A stretch of DNA of 64,000 bases from an uncultured Rubripirellula sp. (GTDB lineage: Bacteria; Planctomycetota; Planctomycetia; Pirellulales; Pirellulaceae), in the NCBI GenBank assembly GCA_938045805.1, contig CALIBL010000045.1, forward strand, positions 5,350-69,349. The letters are read 5' to 3'. Each line of letters opens with the position of its first letter. Position 1 is the stretch's first letter. The notes under the pieces were generated by a model that worked only from the letters and a program-made list of their open reading frames with translations, was not told the origin of the DNA and made no database searches. Position numbers and translations under genes: made by a program. Below are positions 10,625-20,755 of this stretch, piece by piece.

Positions 10625-12347
10625 ACTGATGGCATTAGCAAGGCTGTCCGTCAGTCGATATCGCATTCTTTTGCTCACGATGATTGGACTGATGATCGCT
10701 GGGCTCTTCGGGACACTTGTCTCGATGCAATGGTTTGGCGAAGAAGTCGGCACGGAAGTTGGTGGATACGCGATTTTCCTTTCCCTGTTACCCTCAGGCG
10801 TTGCCGCCATCGCTTTATTCGATTACGGCCTAGATCATGATTTGAGTCACCCCGATTCAGGGTGCAGCCATTGGCTATTACGGCAGCCCATTCAAGGGTG
10901 GAAGATTGCCGCTATCCCGATCGCTTTTAAAACTGCTTGGATCTCTTCCATTTGGATCGTCTTCTCACTGATCATGCGTTGCTACTCCAAGCAAAGCATG
11001 CCTATTGTCTTACCCTGTATCTCGTTCTCCGCGGTGCTTATCTGGATCATGGTGCTATCGTGGCGTCCTTTTTCAAGTGGGCGTTACAAACTTGCATCAC
11101 TATTGATTGTGTTACCCATCAGTTACGGTGTCGTCGCGGGAGGTTTTGTCGCACCTTTTGTGGAGCATGAAGCATGGAGACCGACGGCTATTCTCGGTAG
11201 TTGGGCTGCCAGCCTTGGATTCTTCTTCAGTGGTATCTGGGCACTACTGAGTGCCACGCAACTAGCAAGGGTCACTCCGGTCGGATCCAGCCTTCAAGAA
11301 GATTCTCAAATTCAAAGCACGAACCAGACACCACTTGAGAATATCAATGATGATGCGGCACTCGCGCATCCACCCAATCAACCAGGCACAACTGGTCCAT
11401 TACGATCACTCATCTGGCACGACTTTGTCGCATCAAAGCATTGGATTCGCCAGGTTTACGTAGCTGGACTAATACCCGGAACCATTCTCTATTCGCAACT
11501 CACACCACTCCATCCGGTGTCAGTCATCGGCATGTTCTTCGGAATCATTTATCTTGCAGTCATCTGTAATTCCAAGCACTTGATTCAGGGGAATGAAGGA
11601 AATCGACCGGTCACGATCGCCAACCACCTTCCGGTTTACCTAGCAACAAAACCAATCTCAACCAAAACGCTTGCGTGGGGTCGACAAGTCATCCCGCTGA
11701 TCACTGCTTGCTTGACCTACCTTTGGACTCTCGTCGCCATCGGTGGCTGGTCACTCCATGAGTCGAATCGAATCACTTGGACCCGGTGGGCCAGCAATCA
11801 AGCTGCAACACTAGGGCAACCCGAAAACGCATGGATGGTTGGGATTCAACTTTCAGCAGCGATCGTACTTGGGATAGGCCTCATTTTTATCACTCGAATA
11901 CTGGCCCACGCCTGGGTTCCGGCAACAGGTCGAGCTTGGATAACCATCGTGAATTCCCTTGGCGGAATCCTGTGCATGTTCACGCCAATCATTTTTTTCT
12001 TACGCTGGTTCCTTAGCCAGACCGACTGGGAGACAACAAAACAGTCAGCGATGGAGGCGGCCACCTACATTCCAGATTTAGCCATCTCGCTGCTCCTGAC
12101 GAAACTAGCACTGGTGGTGATGATTGGCGGCCTTGGGCTGAGACGCAAGGTAATCAACGTCTATGATTTACTTGCAACGTTGATCATCTGGTTCACTCTT
12201 GTTGCTCTTTTCAGCGTGATCTTCCATCACCTGATTCCACATGATCTAGCAAGTTTGAAAAACTGTGCTATCACCATGACGCTAGCTATTCCGTTGTCTC
12301 GATGGCTCGGACTACCGTTAGCTGTGGCATGGAATCGCCATCGCTAG
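10617..12347 (+). CDS. polytopic integral membrane protein (putative permease partner of the ABC ATPase)
   Basis: 576 aa with many hydrophobic helices across the whole length. Its ATG overlaps the ATPase stop by 8 nt (ATGGCTGA). No permease family recognised by eye. Confidence 0.7.
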   Translation: MAELMALARLSVSRYRILLLTMIGLMIAGLFGTLVSMQWFGEEVGTEVGGYAIFLSLLPSGVAAIALFDYGLDHDLSHPDSGCSHWLLRQPIQGWKIAAIPIAFKTAWISSIWIVFSLIMRCYSKQSMPIVLPCISFSAVLIWIMVLSWRPFSSGRYKLASLLIVLPISYGVVAGGFVAPFVEHEAWRPTAILGSWAASLGFFFSGIWALLSATQLARVTPVGSSLQEDSQIQSTNQTPLENINDDAALAHPPNQPGTTGPLRSLIWHDFVASKHWIRQVYVAGLIPGTILYSQLTPLHPVSVIGMFFGIIYLAVICNSKHLIQGNEGNRPVTIANHLPVYLATKPISTKTLAWGRQVIPLITACLTYLWTLVAIGGWSLHESNRITWTRWASNQAATLGQPENAWMVGIQLSAAIVLGIGLIFITRILAHAWVPATGRAWITIVNSLGGILCMFTPIIFFLRWFLSQTDWETTKQSAMEAATYIPDLAISLLLTKLALVVMIGGLGLRRKVINVYDLLATLIIWFTLVALFSVIFHHLIPHDLASLKNCAITMTLAIPLSRWLGLPLAVAWNRHR

Positions 12348-13627
12348 GACTCCGTTGAATCAGCAGCCATTACTGACTGTTTCTTGCCCAGATTCCACGC
12401 AAGGATCGCCCAGCAGATTGCGATTGGTAAAGCACCAAATCGGATTGCGCCGGCCGTCATACCAAGGTGCTGCATCAAACCAATCCACTGCATTGAAATC
12501 GAATCTCCACCTCGCACCACAACCGTATCAATAAAATTCTTTGCTTTGTATTTATCTTCTCGGCTTACAACGGTAAAGAGAACCTCTCGAGCTGGCACTG
12601 TCATTCCGTAAGCACATGAACGCGTGAGCACCATCACGACAGCAAGCACGCTCAACCCAGGCAAAAACGAAAGGGAAACTAACGAAAAAAAGTAGATCAG
12701 AGGCAAAAGAACCAAGGCAAATGCAATACCGATTCGCCGCATGACCCATCCGGCAATCACCAGCTGAAACAGTAAAGTCAGTGACTGCGAGTAAAAATCG
12801 ATTGAAGCGAAAAACTGGGTCCGAGCCTCCTCCTCTGCAATCTCATTCCTTACGATCGCCCTCTGCTCGGTATAAAGCAGCGTGCCAAAGGCCTGCACCA
12901 ACATTAAGAATGCGGCCAGACGCATCAGATAGCCATTCTTCAAGACATGCTGCACCCCAGAAAATAAACCACCCCGACTAAGTTCTTCATCGTACGCCGA
13001 ATCAATTTCACTCGAGACTCGCGAGCCCCTTGAATTGCTTTCGAGAGCGCGTCCAAACAACAGTCCCAACTCAAGAAGAACTGCGGGAAAAAGCATCAGC
13101 GACGCCGTCTCAACTCGCTCAGCCAATTGGCTGGTAACGAACGATCCAGTAATCGCTCCGATGGTTCCGCCCGATGCAATCACGCCAAATAGCCGCTTTC
13201 CCTGATCGCTTCCAAAGAGGTCCGCCAAGACACTCCAGAAGACGCTCGTCGAGAAAATCCCGAGCACACTAATCCAGACAAAAAGCCCCCTCGCAATCCA
13301 GAGGTTTTCGGATGCCCCATAAAGATTGAGCGCGAGTAAAAAACCAAGGGAACTCAATGAGAATCCATGAAACACAACCCTTGCGATTGATCGATGAGAC
13401 ACTCGCTGAACCAAGATGGCATACAGTGGAACAATTGCGCACATCGCCAAGAACCCAGCAAGAAATAACCACTTCAGCTCGCCCTCACCAACAACCGTTC
13501 CCATGGTTTCGCGAACGGGTCGAACCATGGAATACGATGCGAGAATGCAAAAAAACCAACCAAATGCAAATAGAATTGCCATACGTTCCTTGCTAAGGAA
13601 CGCATGGTCCTGCTCATCGTTTTCCAA
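12344..13627 (-). CDS. MFS-type transporter (N-terminus resembles the ATP:ADP antiporter/TLC-like clade)
   Basis: About 12 predicted TM helices. The N-terminal FFCILASYSMVRPVRETMG resembles the conserved start of the TLC/AAA-family MFS-like carriers. The substrate is unknown. Confidence 0.7.
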   Translation of the reverse strand: MENDEQDHAFLSKERMAILFAFGWFFCILASYSMVRPVRETMGTVVGEGELKWLFLAGFLAMCAIVPLYAILVQRVSHRSIARVVFHGFSLSSLGFLLALNLYGASENLWIARGLFVWISVLGIFSTSVFWSVLADLFGSDQGKRLFGVIASGGTIGAITGSFVTSQLAERVETASLMLFPAVLLELGLLFGRALESNSRGSRVSSEIDSAYDEELSRGGLFSGVQHVLKNGYLMRLAAFLMLVQAFGTLLYTEQRAIVRNEIAEEEARTQFFASIDFYSQSLTLLFQLVIAGWVMRRIGIAFALVLLPLIYFFSLVSLSFLPGLSVLAVVMVLTRSCAYGMTVPAREVLFTVVSREDKYKAKNFIDTVVVRGGDSISMQWIGLMQHLGMTAGAIRFGALPIAICWAILAWNLGKKQSVMAADSTES

Positions 13628-13748
13628 TATCTAATCCTTTTCATGGAACGCAAAGCGAAGTGCAAGATAAATCGGACCTACTTGCGATCTCGGAAACGAA
13701 CCGATCGAACGCATCAATGACCCCAACACTTGGTGTGTCTAAACGAAG

Positions 13749-14741
13749 TTATTGGCGATCTTTTGGCGGCTTGAGCACATCAAGATGCCAAACCACCTCT
13801 GTCTCGGACTCCGACTCCACCAACGCTTCAAACATCGCATTTGCAGCATCGCGACGAAGTAACGAAATATCAGTTAGCTCGTCGAAATTCAGCTTACCTT
13901 TTTCCAACTCGTGTAGAAAAATCAAATGCACCCCCAACGGACTTCGCAGCGGGCGACTGACCGAACCGACCGGTAATTTTCTTACTTCTCGCATTAGACC
14001 TACTGGCAAATCCCCATCCGACTCCACCCATCCAAGCTGACCACCGGTCTGCGCCGTGGATGACTCGCTGTATTGAAGAGCAGCATCCGCAAAGGCTACC
14101 TCGCGGTCGTCCGCTGTTTGAATCTCTGATGCAAGCGCAGAAAGTGATTTCACTGACGCAACAATATCGACCTCGGAAGTGGATGCGGGGCGGATGAAAA
14201 TCTGGGAAACTCGATATTTCGTTCCGTTGTAAGCAGCGGCATTCTTTTCAAAATAGCGACGGAGGTTCTCGTCCGTTAGCTTGCTCTTCAAATAAGCTCC
14301 CCAGGCAACACGCCAAGACAAATCAACAAGAAGAGATGCCGCGTCAGATGATCGAGCGGCGGCTTGATCCTGAAGTGTACTTCCGCGACGCTTTGCCTCG
14401 GCAACAAAGGCATCGACCTCATTCTGAACCATCTGCGCCAGCGGCTCACCACCCGCTTTCCTCAAAGCTCGAAGGGCGAGACGCCGTTGCGCTAACAAAT
14501 GGCATGTGGCTCGCTTCAAATCAACATTAATCGAATTCAGCGGCTGATTTCGAAATCGCTCAGCAAGAATCAGATTCAACTCGCCAATGTAAACAGGATT
14601 GCCATCAACCGATGCGATGATATCGTCCAGCGCAAACTCTTCAGCGACGCCTTCGGTGATTCCTACATGAATACACAAGAGGATCAAGATCAAGACGCGT
14701 GAACACGCACGAAACATAACAATTCCTCTAGGGACTCTCAC
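13749..14741 (-). CDS. peptidyl-prolyl cis-trans isomerase, parvulin/SurA-like
   Basis: Signal peptide, a SurA-like N-terminal chaperone region, then a PpiC domain (YRVSQIFI...GGQLGWVESDGDLPVG...GVHLIFLHE). The GTG start at 14741 overlaps the upstream stop (GTGA); the alternative is ATG 14717. Confidence 0.8.
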   Translation of the reverse strand: MRVPRGIVMFRACSRVLILILLCIHVGITEGVAEEFALDDIIASVDGNPVYIGELNLILAERFRNQPLNSINVDLKRATCHLLAQRRLALRALRKAGGEPLAQMVQNEVDAFVAEAKRRGSTLQDQAAARSSDAASLLVDLSWRVAWGAYLKSKLTDENLRRYFEKNAAAYNGTKYRVSQIFIRPASTSEVDIVASVKSLSALASEIQTADDREVAFADAALQYSESSTAQTGGQLGWVESDGDLPVGLMREVRKLPVGSVSRPLRSPLGVHLIFLHELEKGKLNFDELTDISLLRRDAANAMFEALVESESETEVVWHLDVLKPPKDRQ

Positions 14742-15880
14742 GGCAGTTCTATCTCCCTGAGCACAAACTCAACGTCGCGAGTTGTGACCGACGTGGGCGA
14801 CTCATAAACCAAAGTTGACCGCTGTGGCCCATCATTAAGCTGAAAGAGGTAGTTCACTCTAAACCCAGAATCAGATTGACTTAAAACTTCGTAACCCAGA
14901 TGTGGACGCTGAGTCCCACCAACCATTTCTAGGAAGACGCGATTCTCGAAAACCCATTGCCGATGACTTTCGAGAGAACGTCCCGCATCCTCCAAACTGA
15001 CATCAAGCACGACTTGGTACAACTGATCCTGTTGCCGCACACCTTCGATCCTCACCGTCATCGCATCAATAGTCACTGCATCACGCTCACCTGACAATGG
15101 AATTTCAAAACTCTGCCGTGGACCAGGTATGATCGCCCGAATGACACCCGTCAAAGTCTCGATCCGTCTCGGTCGCCCCTGAGGAAGTTGCAGTGGCAAT
15201 CGGCACTCTGCAAAAGCGATCTCGCTGGTTGTGCTAACCTCTATCATTCCGCTGGACTGCTGAGGCAGAAGTACGGAACCGTCATCCAGTGTCGCTCGAA
15301 TTTGCTGCAGAGGAAAAGAAAGCCCGATTGGTTTTACTTGCGGCTCCCAAGAAATCTCAATCGCCAAACTGAGGCCACCAAGACCAGTCTGCCTGACGGT
15401 TCTTTTAGCGGTCACCGAAATCGGCTCGATTCGAAAGACAGAACAATAAGAAGCTGAATCGATCCGTGAAGACCGCCCCGCCTGACGAGGAATCAGATTC
15501 AAGGTATCTCGCCCAGCACCATAAAAATTAATATCGAGCTGTTTCTGATCCAGCAACCGGTCCAAAGCTGCCCAGAAGGGAAGAGGCTCAGCAAATTTCT
15601 CAATGGACTGGGTACCATCGAGAGAATGTTTAAAAAGAACCCCGGTTTCCAAACCGAGGGCCTCGAGTGCTTGATCAAGACTTTCTGCATCAGCCAAAGA
15701 AATGAGATGCTGACCTGCAAAAGATTCAGTAACCAAGTTCGAGGAACGCTCGTTTTCACTGCGTTGTTGAGAGTAAATCGCAACATCAATGGACGTCAGA
15801 ATAAACAGAAGCAGGCAGAGAAAATATCTTGGTGCGAAGGTTCGATTCATTGGTTTTCCCTGAGGCATCTTGTCGAACAT
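14738..15880 (-). CDS. hypothetical secreted protein
   Basis: 380-aa ORF with an N-terminal TM/signal segment (YFLCLLLFILTSIDVAIYS). Its stop is coupled to the PPIase gene start. No family recognised. Confidence 0.6.
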   Translation of the reverse strand: MFDKMPQGKPMNRTFAPRYFLCLLLFILTSIDVAIYSQQRSENERSSNLVTESFAGQHLISLADAESLDQALEALGLETGVLFKHSLDGTQSIEKFAEPLPFWAALDRLLDQKQLDINFYGAGRDTLNLIPRQAGRSSRIDSASYCSVFRIEPISVTAKRTVRQTGLGGLSLAIEISWEPQVKPIGLSFPLQQIRATLDDGSVLLPQQSSGMIEVSTTSEIAFAECRLPLQLPQGRPRRIETLTGVIRAIIPGPRQSFEIPLSGERDAVTIDAMTVRIEGVRQQDQLYQVVLDVSLEDAGRSLESHRQWVFENRVFLEMVGGTQRPHLGYEVLSQSDSGFRVNYLFQLNDGPQRSTLVYESPTSVTTRDVEFVLREIELP

Positions 15881-16023
15881 TCAGTGTCTCGCGAAAGCTC
15901 TGTATCTCATCAATGGGCAATCACGTCAAAGATGAAGCAATCAAACATTGCAACACCCTTCGATCATTCTATCGTTGCGGCGTGGGTTAGCAAAAACGGA
16001 TCAGGAATCATGTGAAAATGGAA

Positions 16024-17463
16024 TCAGCTGTTGATCACGGCATCAATGACCCTGCCATGCACGTCCGTCAATCGAAAATCTCGGCCCGCGTATCGATAGG
16101 TCAGCCTCTCATGATCGATTCCCAGCAGGTGCAACATCGTTGCGTGAAGATCATGCATGTGCACACGATCAGTCTCTGCGTAATACCCAAACTCGTCTGT
16201 CTGCCCATAAGCAAATCCGGATCGAACACCACCTCCGGAGAGAACCATGGAAAAGCCCTGCGGATTATGATCCCGCCCATTCTTGCCTTGGACCACGGGG
16301 GTTCTCCCAAATTCTCCACCCCACACGATTAAGGTGTCATCCCATAAACCGCGTTGTTTGAGATCCGCAATCAACGCTGCGATAGGTTTGTCGGTTGCAA
16401 GGGCGTTCTTATTATGTCCCGATTCTAAATTTCCGTGCTGATCCCATACTTGGCCGCTACTGACGGTAATAAAGCGAACCCCTGATTCAGCTAGTCGCCT
16501 GGCTAACAAACAGCTTTTCCCAAAAGGCTCGGTTTCCTTGGCATCAAGACCATAAGCTTGGTGGGTGGCTTCTGTCTCCAATTCCACATTAAAGACATCC
16601 GGGGCAGCCGTTCTCATTCGAGATGCTAAATCAACGGCTTCCACCGCACCCCTCAGTTCTCGGTCGTTACCCACTGCTTGCAAGTGATCGGCATTCATGC
16701 GTCTGACCAGATCAAAGCGTTCGCGAATTTCCCGATCCTCTCCGGGACCATCAAGGTGTGAAATGTTTCCATTTCCCGGCTTGCCGTTGCTGCCGATTGC
16801 CGTCGCCTGATGCATCGCGGGCAGAAACGCGGCACCATAGTTCCGAGGGCCACCATGGGCCGTAGCGGGCCCGATTGCAACGTGAGCGGGTAAATCTGGA
16901 TGCCCACTCCCTAATGCGTAACTGATCCACGCACCAACACTCGGTCGAACGAGGTTATCACTACCAGTATTAACCATTCCAACAGCCTGTCCATGAGACT
17001 GCCCCTTGGTATGCATGCTACGAATCACGCACAATGAATCCGCATGCTCGGCCATATGAGGAAGTAAGTCGCTGACCCAAAGTCCTGAATCGCCTCTTTG
17101 CTTGAACTTCCACGGCCCATTGAGCAACGTCGGAACTGCATCAATATTTGGAGGCAACTTTAGGGGGAAAGGCTTCCCGTCATCTTTGGCCAGTCGCGGC
17201 TTGTAATCAAAAGTATCAACGTGACTCGGACCGCCATGCATGAACAGAAAAATAACACGCTTGGCCTGCGGCGAAAGATGCAATTGACTGATTGCCGGAA
17301 CCATCCCGCCTTGCGTGGCTCCTGACGGTGCATCCATTCCCAACAAGCTTTGATCGGGTTCGAATGCGGCAACACTCAGGCCTCCCAAGGCAAAACCACT
17401 GGTGACACCGAAGGTACGCCGCGAGCAAAGCTGTGTAGATGAGCCGTTGATCTGTTTCGACAT
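16024..17463 (-). CDS. DUF1501 domain protein (sulfatase-fold, Tat-signal)
   Basis: Tat-like [15 protein letters not shown]. Characteristic [18 protein letters not shown] and GGEFGRTP motifs. The likely start is ATG 17463. Confidence 0.9.
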   Translation of the reverse strand: MSKQINGSSTQLCSRRTFGVTSGFALGGLSVAAFEPDQSLLGMDAPSGATQGGMVPAISQLHLSPQAKRVIFLFMHGGPSHVDTFDYKPRLAKDDGKPFPLKLPPNIDAVPTLLNGPWKFKQRGDSGLWVSDLLPHMAEHADSLCVIRSMHTKGQSHGQAVGMVNTGSDNLVRPSVGAWISYALGSGHPDLPAHVAIGPATAHGGPRNYGAAFLPAMHQATAIGSNGKPGNGNISHLDGPGEDREIRERFDLVRRMNADHLQAVGNDRELRGAVEAVDLASRMRTAAPDVFNVELETEATHQAYGLDAKETEPFGKSCLLARRLAESGVRFITVSSGQVWDQHGNLESGHNKNALATDKPIAALIADLKQRGLWDDTLIVWGGEFGRTPVVQGKNGRDHNPQGFSMVLSGGGVRSGFAYGQTDEFGYYAETDRVHMHDLHATMLHLLGIDHERLTYRYAGRDFRLTDVHGRVIDAVINS

Positions 17464-17514
17464 TCGCACTTTGTTTACCAATACCACGTTTGAATTAAAT
17501 ACTGAAACAGTTTA

Positions 17515-20397
17515 TCAATCGACAAATCGGAATGGCGATGATGCATAAATTGCAGAAATGTATTGCGTCCACGCCGCAACATCCTCTTCCCGCCCAGAGA
17601 AGAATTCCTCCGCTAGCTTCATTTCATAGGGACGTGGATGTCGCTGTAGCAGCATCCGACTCGCCTTCTCGACACGACTCCCCAGAGACATACTCTCAGC
17701 TAATAATCTTTCGCTGGCCTGAGCGGCCCACTGATGAACCTCTTTGCTGTTGATCAAGACGAGGGCCTGTGCGGGAACATTTGTCGTCGGCCTTCGACCC
17801 ACGAGCAGATCTGGATCCGCCATATCTAAGGCAAGCAGAAATTCAGGGAGATAGCCTCGCACGATCGGCAAATAGATCGAGCGAACCGGCAAAGCCACAT
17901 CATCAAAGCGTGCGGAGCTATCAGCGTTATTACTCGATACCAAAACACCACGACCTGCCATCGGTTCGATCCTGCGAGATCGATCCAAGCGACCAGTAGA
18001 AAAGATCATTGAATCGCGGATCGATTCGGCGGTCAATCTCTTACGCGGGATCCGCCACAAGAGTCGATTCTCAGGATCTTTTGCCATGGCATCAGCCTGA
18101 TTGGCCGAGGAACGACGGTAAGCATGGCTACTGACAAGCTCTCGAATCAACGACTTGAGTTGCCAACCGTTCTGAACAAAACGCTCCGCTAGATCATCCA
18201 GCAAAACGGGATGGCTAGGCCTTCCACCCTGATGACCAAAGTTGTCGACCGAACGAACGATGCCTTCACCAAAAAGATGCATCCAAACGCGATTCACGAA
18301 AACTCTTGCAACCAAAGGATGCCTCGGGTGTGTTAACCACTGAGCTAACTCAAGCCGCCCACTCGCTTCAGAAAAATCATTCTTTGTCTCTTCGATGCTA
18401 CAAACGGTCAGAAAACCTCGAGGCGTCACCGCTCCCAGATTCCTGACCTCACCACGGATATGAACCGGACTATCTGCAATTTTGTCTGCCGATCGATCCG
18501 TTGGTGCCATCGCTACCGGAAGCGGAGCAGGCGGTGCTTTCTTGGTGGCATCAAGTTCCTTTTTCAAGCCACTTAAAAACATTTCTAGCTTTTTAACTTC
18601 GGCTCGAAGAGCCAAAGTTTCCGCGTCCTCTTTCACCGCTTCCACTTCACCCTGCGGAATGAACTGAACCGCGTCAGCAATCACGTGTCCAGATGTACCC
18701 GTGTTACGGAGCGTCAAGATAGTGTCCGCGTCAGCGGTCAACTCAAAAGTACCGATCGACGACCACATCGGCTCAATCTTGACTTTTCTTTGATCAAGAA
18801 AAACTTCTATTTCACCTTGGACAGTCGTCAATTGAATTGGAACTTTTGCCGCTCGATTATCCCCCGGAGAATGTGACAACCGGACTTCATACAATCCTGA
18901 CTGTGGTAATCGAATTTGATATTCAATCGCATTTTCACCGTTACCTGCCATATCGTCATGAAGGTAGCCATCACCAACGAAGTGTTTATAGTAGGTGGAT
19001 GTTTTCCAGACACCGGTTTTCTTGGCATCGGCGTCGTCTACGATGAATCCAGTCTGTGTACCCGACAAACGACTTTTCATTTCTCTCAGTTGGCTCTCCG
19101 CCTCTTTGACATCCGACTCCAATCGCTTCAAATTTGCTTTGTGATCAGAAATGGCCTTCCGCTGCGCATCGGTTGAGGGCAACTCCACTCGATTCCAAGT
19201 GCTAACATACTTTTGACTTTCACCGTTTAAAGTTTGCGTGCTCTTAAAAATCCCCGCCAAAGCGTAATAGTCTTCGGTTGGAACCGGGTCAAACTTGTGG
19301 TCGTGACAACGGGCACATCCAAGTGTGAGCCCCAAGAAAGCTCGACCCACCGTGTCAATCTGCTCATCGACTACATCGAGCGTTAGCTTCTTTTTATCGC
19401 GTTCGCTGAGCATCTTTGGCCCGAGCATTAGGAAGGTTGTGGCAACCAAGTTGTCATGTCGCTGATCATCGTTTGAGGAAGGTAAAAGATCGCCAGCAAT
19501 CTGCTGACGAATCATCTCGTCGAATGGCCGATCATCGTTGAAGGATCTGATAAGGTATTCTCGATATCGCCATGCCTCGTGGTAGGTCGCATTGAAATCA
19601 CTCCCGTTGCTATCCGCATACCTTGCAACGTCCATCCAATGCCGAGCCCAATGCTCGCCAAAACCACGTGACGCCAACAGTTCATTGACGAGGCGATTCC
19701 AATTTTTATCAGACGGATCAGCTAACCACCGGTCCTGCATCTCAATTGATGGTGGTAAACCCGTTAGGTCATAACAGAGCCTTCGAAGTTGCACCTCGGG
19801 GTCTGCAAGGGGATTCGGTTGGATCTCAGCTTTTGAAATTTCAAGATTCAACAGATCATCGACAACCCCTCGACTAGGATGATTCTCGGTTTGAAGATCC
19901 CTCTTGAGTGTCGACTTATCACGCGTCGCGACTCGAGGGCGGAAGGCCCAAAACTCCCTAGCTTGGCTCCAGTCAACCTCGCCCCCCTCCTCCTGAAGCG
20001 ACATGAGATCGTCACGAGGGTCAATTGCTCCCGCACGGATCCAATCCTCAAAGTCTTTGATGATATGATCTGCTAACTTACCACTCGGGGGCATCTCCGA
20101 TGTTTCGTAACGGATTGCCGAAATGAGGGGACTCAGCTCTGGATCACCTTTAACGATTGCCGCACCACTATCCCCACCGGTGAGCAAACCGGCACGAGAG
20201 TCAACTTGTAACGAACCGGAGATCTCTTCGGCATCGCGAGAGTGACACTCATAACAATGCTCAACCAATACCGGTCGAATTTTTGATTCAAAGAAATCGG
20301 TGGTGGTGGGATCTTGAGACTGTGTTGTTATTGGGAACGCCAACAACCAAACCATACCGAGCAGCAGGCATCGTCGAACTGTCTTGGCAAACTGCAT
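17515..20397 (-). CDS. PSCyt (planctomycete cytochrome c) / DUF1549 / DUF1553 protein with an internal golvesin-C/CBM-like domain
   Basis: N-terminal CYECHS haem-like motif, CARCHDHKFDP at the DUF1549 end, and a DUF1553-like C-terminus. The central segment GFIVDDADAKKTGVWKTSTYYKHFVGDGYLHD...VIADAVQFIP resembles the golvesin C-terminal-like carbohydrate-binding fold. The likely start is ATG 20397. Confidence 0.9.
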   Translation of the reverse strand: MQFAKTVRRCLLLGMVWLLAFPITTQSQDPTTTDFFESKIRPVLVEHCYECHSRDAEEISGSLQVDSRAGLLTGGDSGAAIVKGDPELSPLISAIRYETSEMPPSGKLADHIIKDFEDWIRAGAIDPRDDLMSLQEEGGEVDWSQAREFWAFRPRVATRDKSTLKRDLQTENHPSRGVVDDLLNLEISKAEIQPNPLADPEVQLRRLCYDLTGLPPSIEMQDRWLADPSDKNWNRLVNELLASRGFGEHWARHWMDVARYADSNGSDFNATYHEAWRYREYLIRSFNDDRPFDEMIRQQIAGDLLPSSNDDQRHDNLVATTFLMLGPKMLSERDKKKLTLDVVDEQIDTVGRAFLGLTLGCARCHDHKFDPVPTEDYYALAGIFKSTQTLNGESQKYVSTWNRVELPSTDAQRKAISDHKANLKRLESDVKEAESQLREMKSRLSGTQTGFIVDDADAKKTGVWKTSTYYKHFVGDGYLHDDMAGNGENAIEYQIRLPQSGLYEVRLSHSPGDNRAAKVPIQLTTVQGEIEVFLDQRKVKIEPMWSSIGTFELTADADTILTLRNTGTSGHVIADAVQFIPQGEVEAVKEDAETLALRAEVKKLEMFLSGLKKELDATKKAPPAPLPVAMAPTDRSADKIADSPVHIRGEVRNLGAVTPRGFLTVCSIEETKNDFSEASGRLELAQWLTHPRHPLVARVFVNRVWMHLFGEGIVRSVDNFGHQGGRPSHPVLLDDLAERFVQNGWQLKSLIRELVSSHAYRRSSANQADAMAKDPENRLLWRIPRKRLTAESIRDSMIFSTGRLDRSRRIEPMAGRGVLVSSNNADSSARFDDVALPVRSIYLPIVRGYLPEFLLALDMADPDLLVGRRPTTNVPAQALVLINSKEVHQWAAQASERLLAESMSLGSRVEKASRMLLQRHPRPYEMKLAEEFFSGREEDVAAWTQYISAIYASSPFRFVD

Positions 20398-20755
20398 GCG
20401 ATGGAAAATCCTGAAGACAAACCTCACCGATGTGGCCTGCCGCACAAACCCTCAATGGACCGAGAGTGGCAACGAATACATGGCCGACACCAAAGGCTAA
20501 ACCGAGCCCCTCAGTATACCAACAACCTCAGGCTGTCGCAGTCTTTTCTGATCTTCAGACAGTTGCCACATTCGAGACGAAAAGGTGGTGAAAACGAGTT
20601 CTCGCAGTTCTTTAACGCTTTCCCAAGAGCGTTCCGCCCAGTCAAACCTCCCCCAATTGCCGTAAAAAGGCTGCATGGACGGTGGCGGTTTTGCGGATTA
20701 TTCCATTTGCAAAGACGCAGCGTGGGCAGTCTGACTCGCAGATGCCTAGCCGTAG

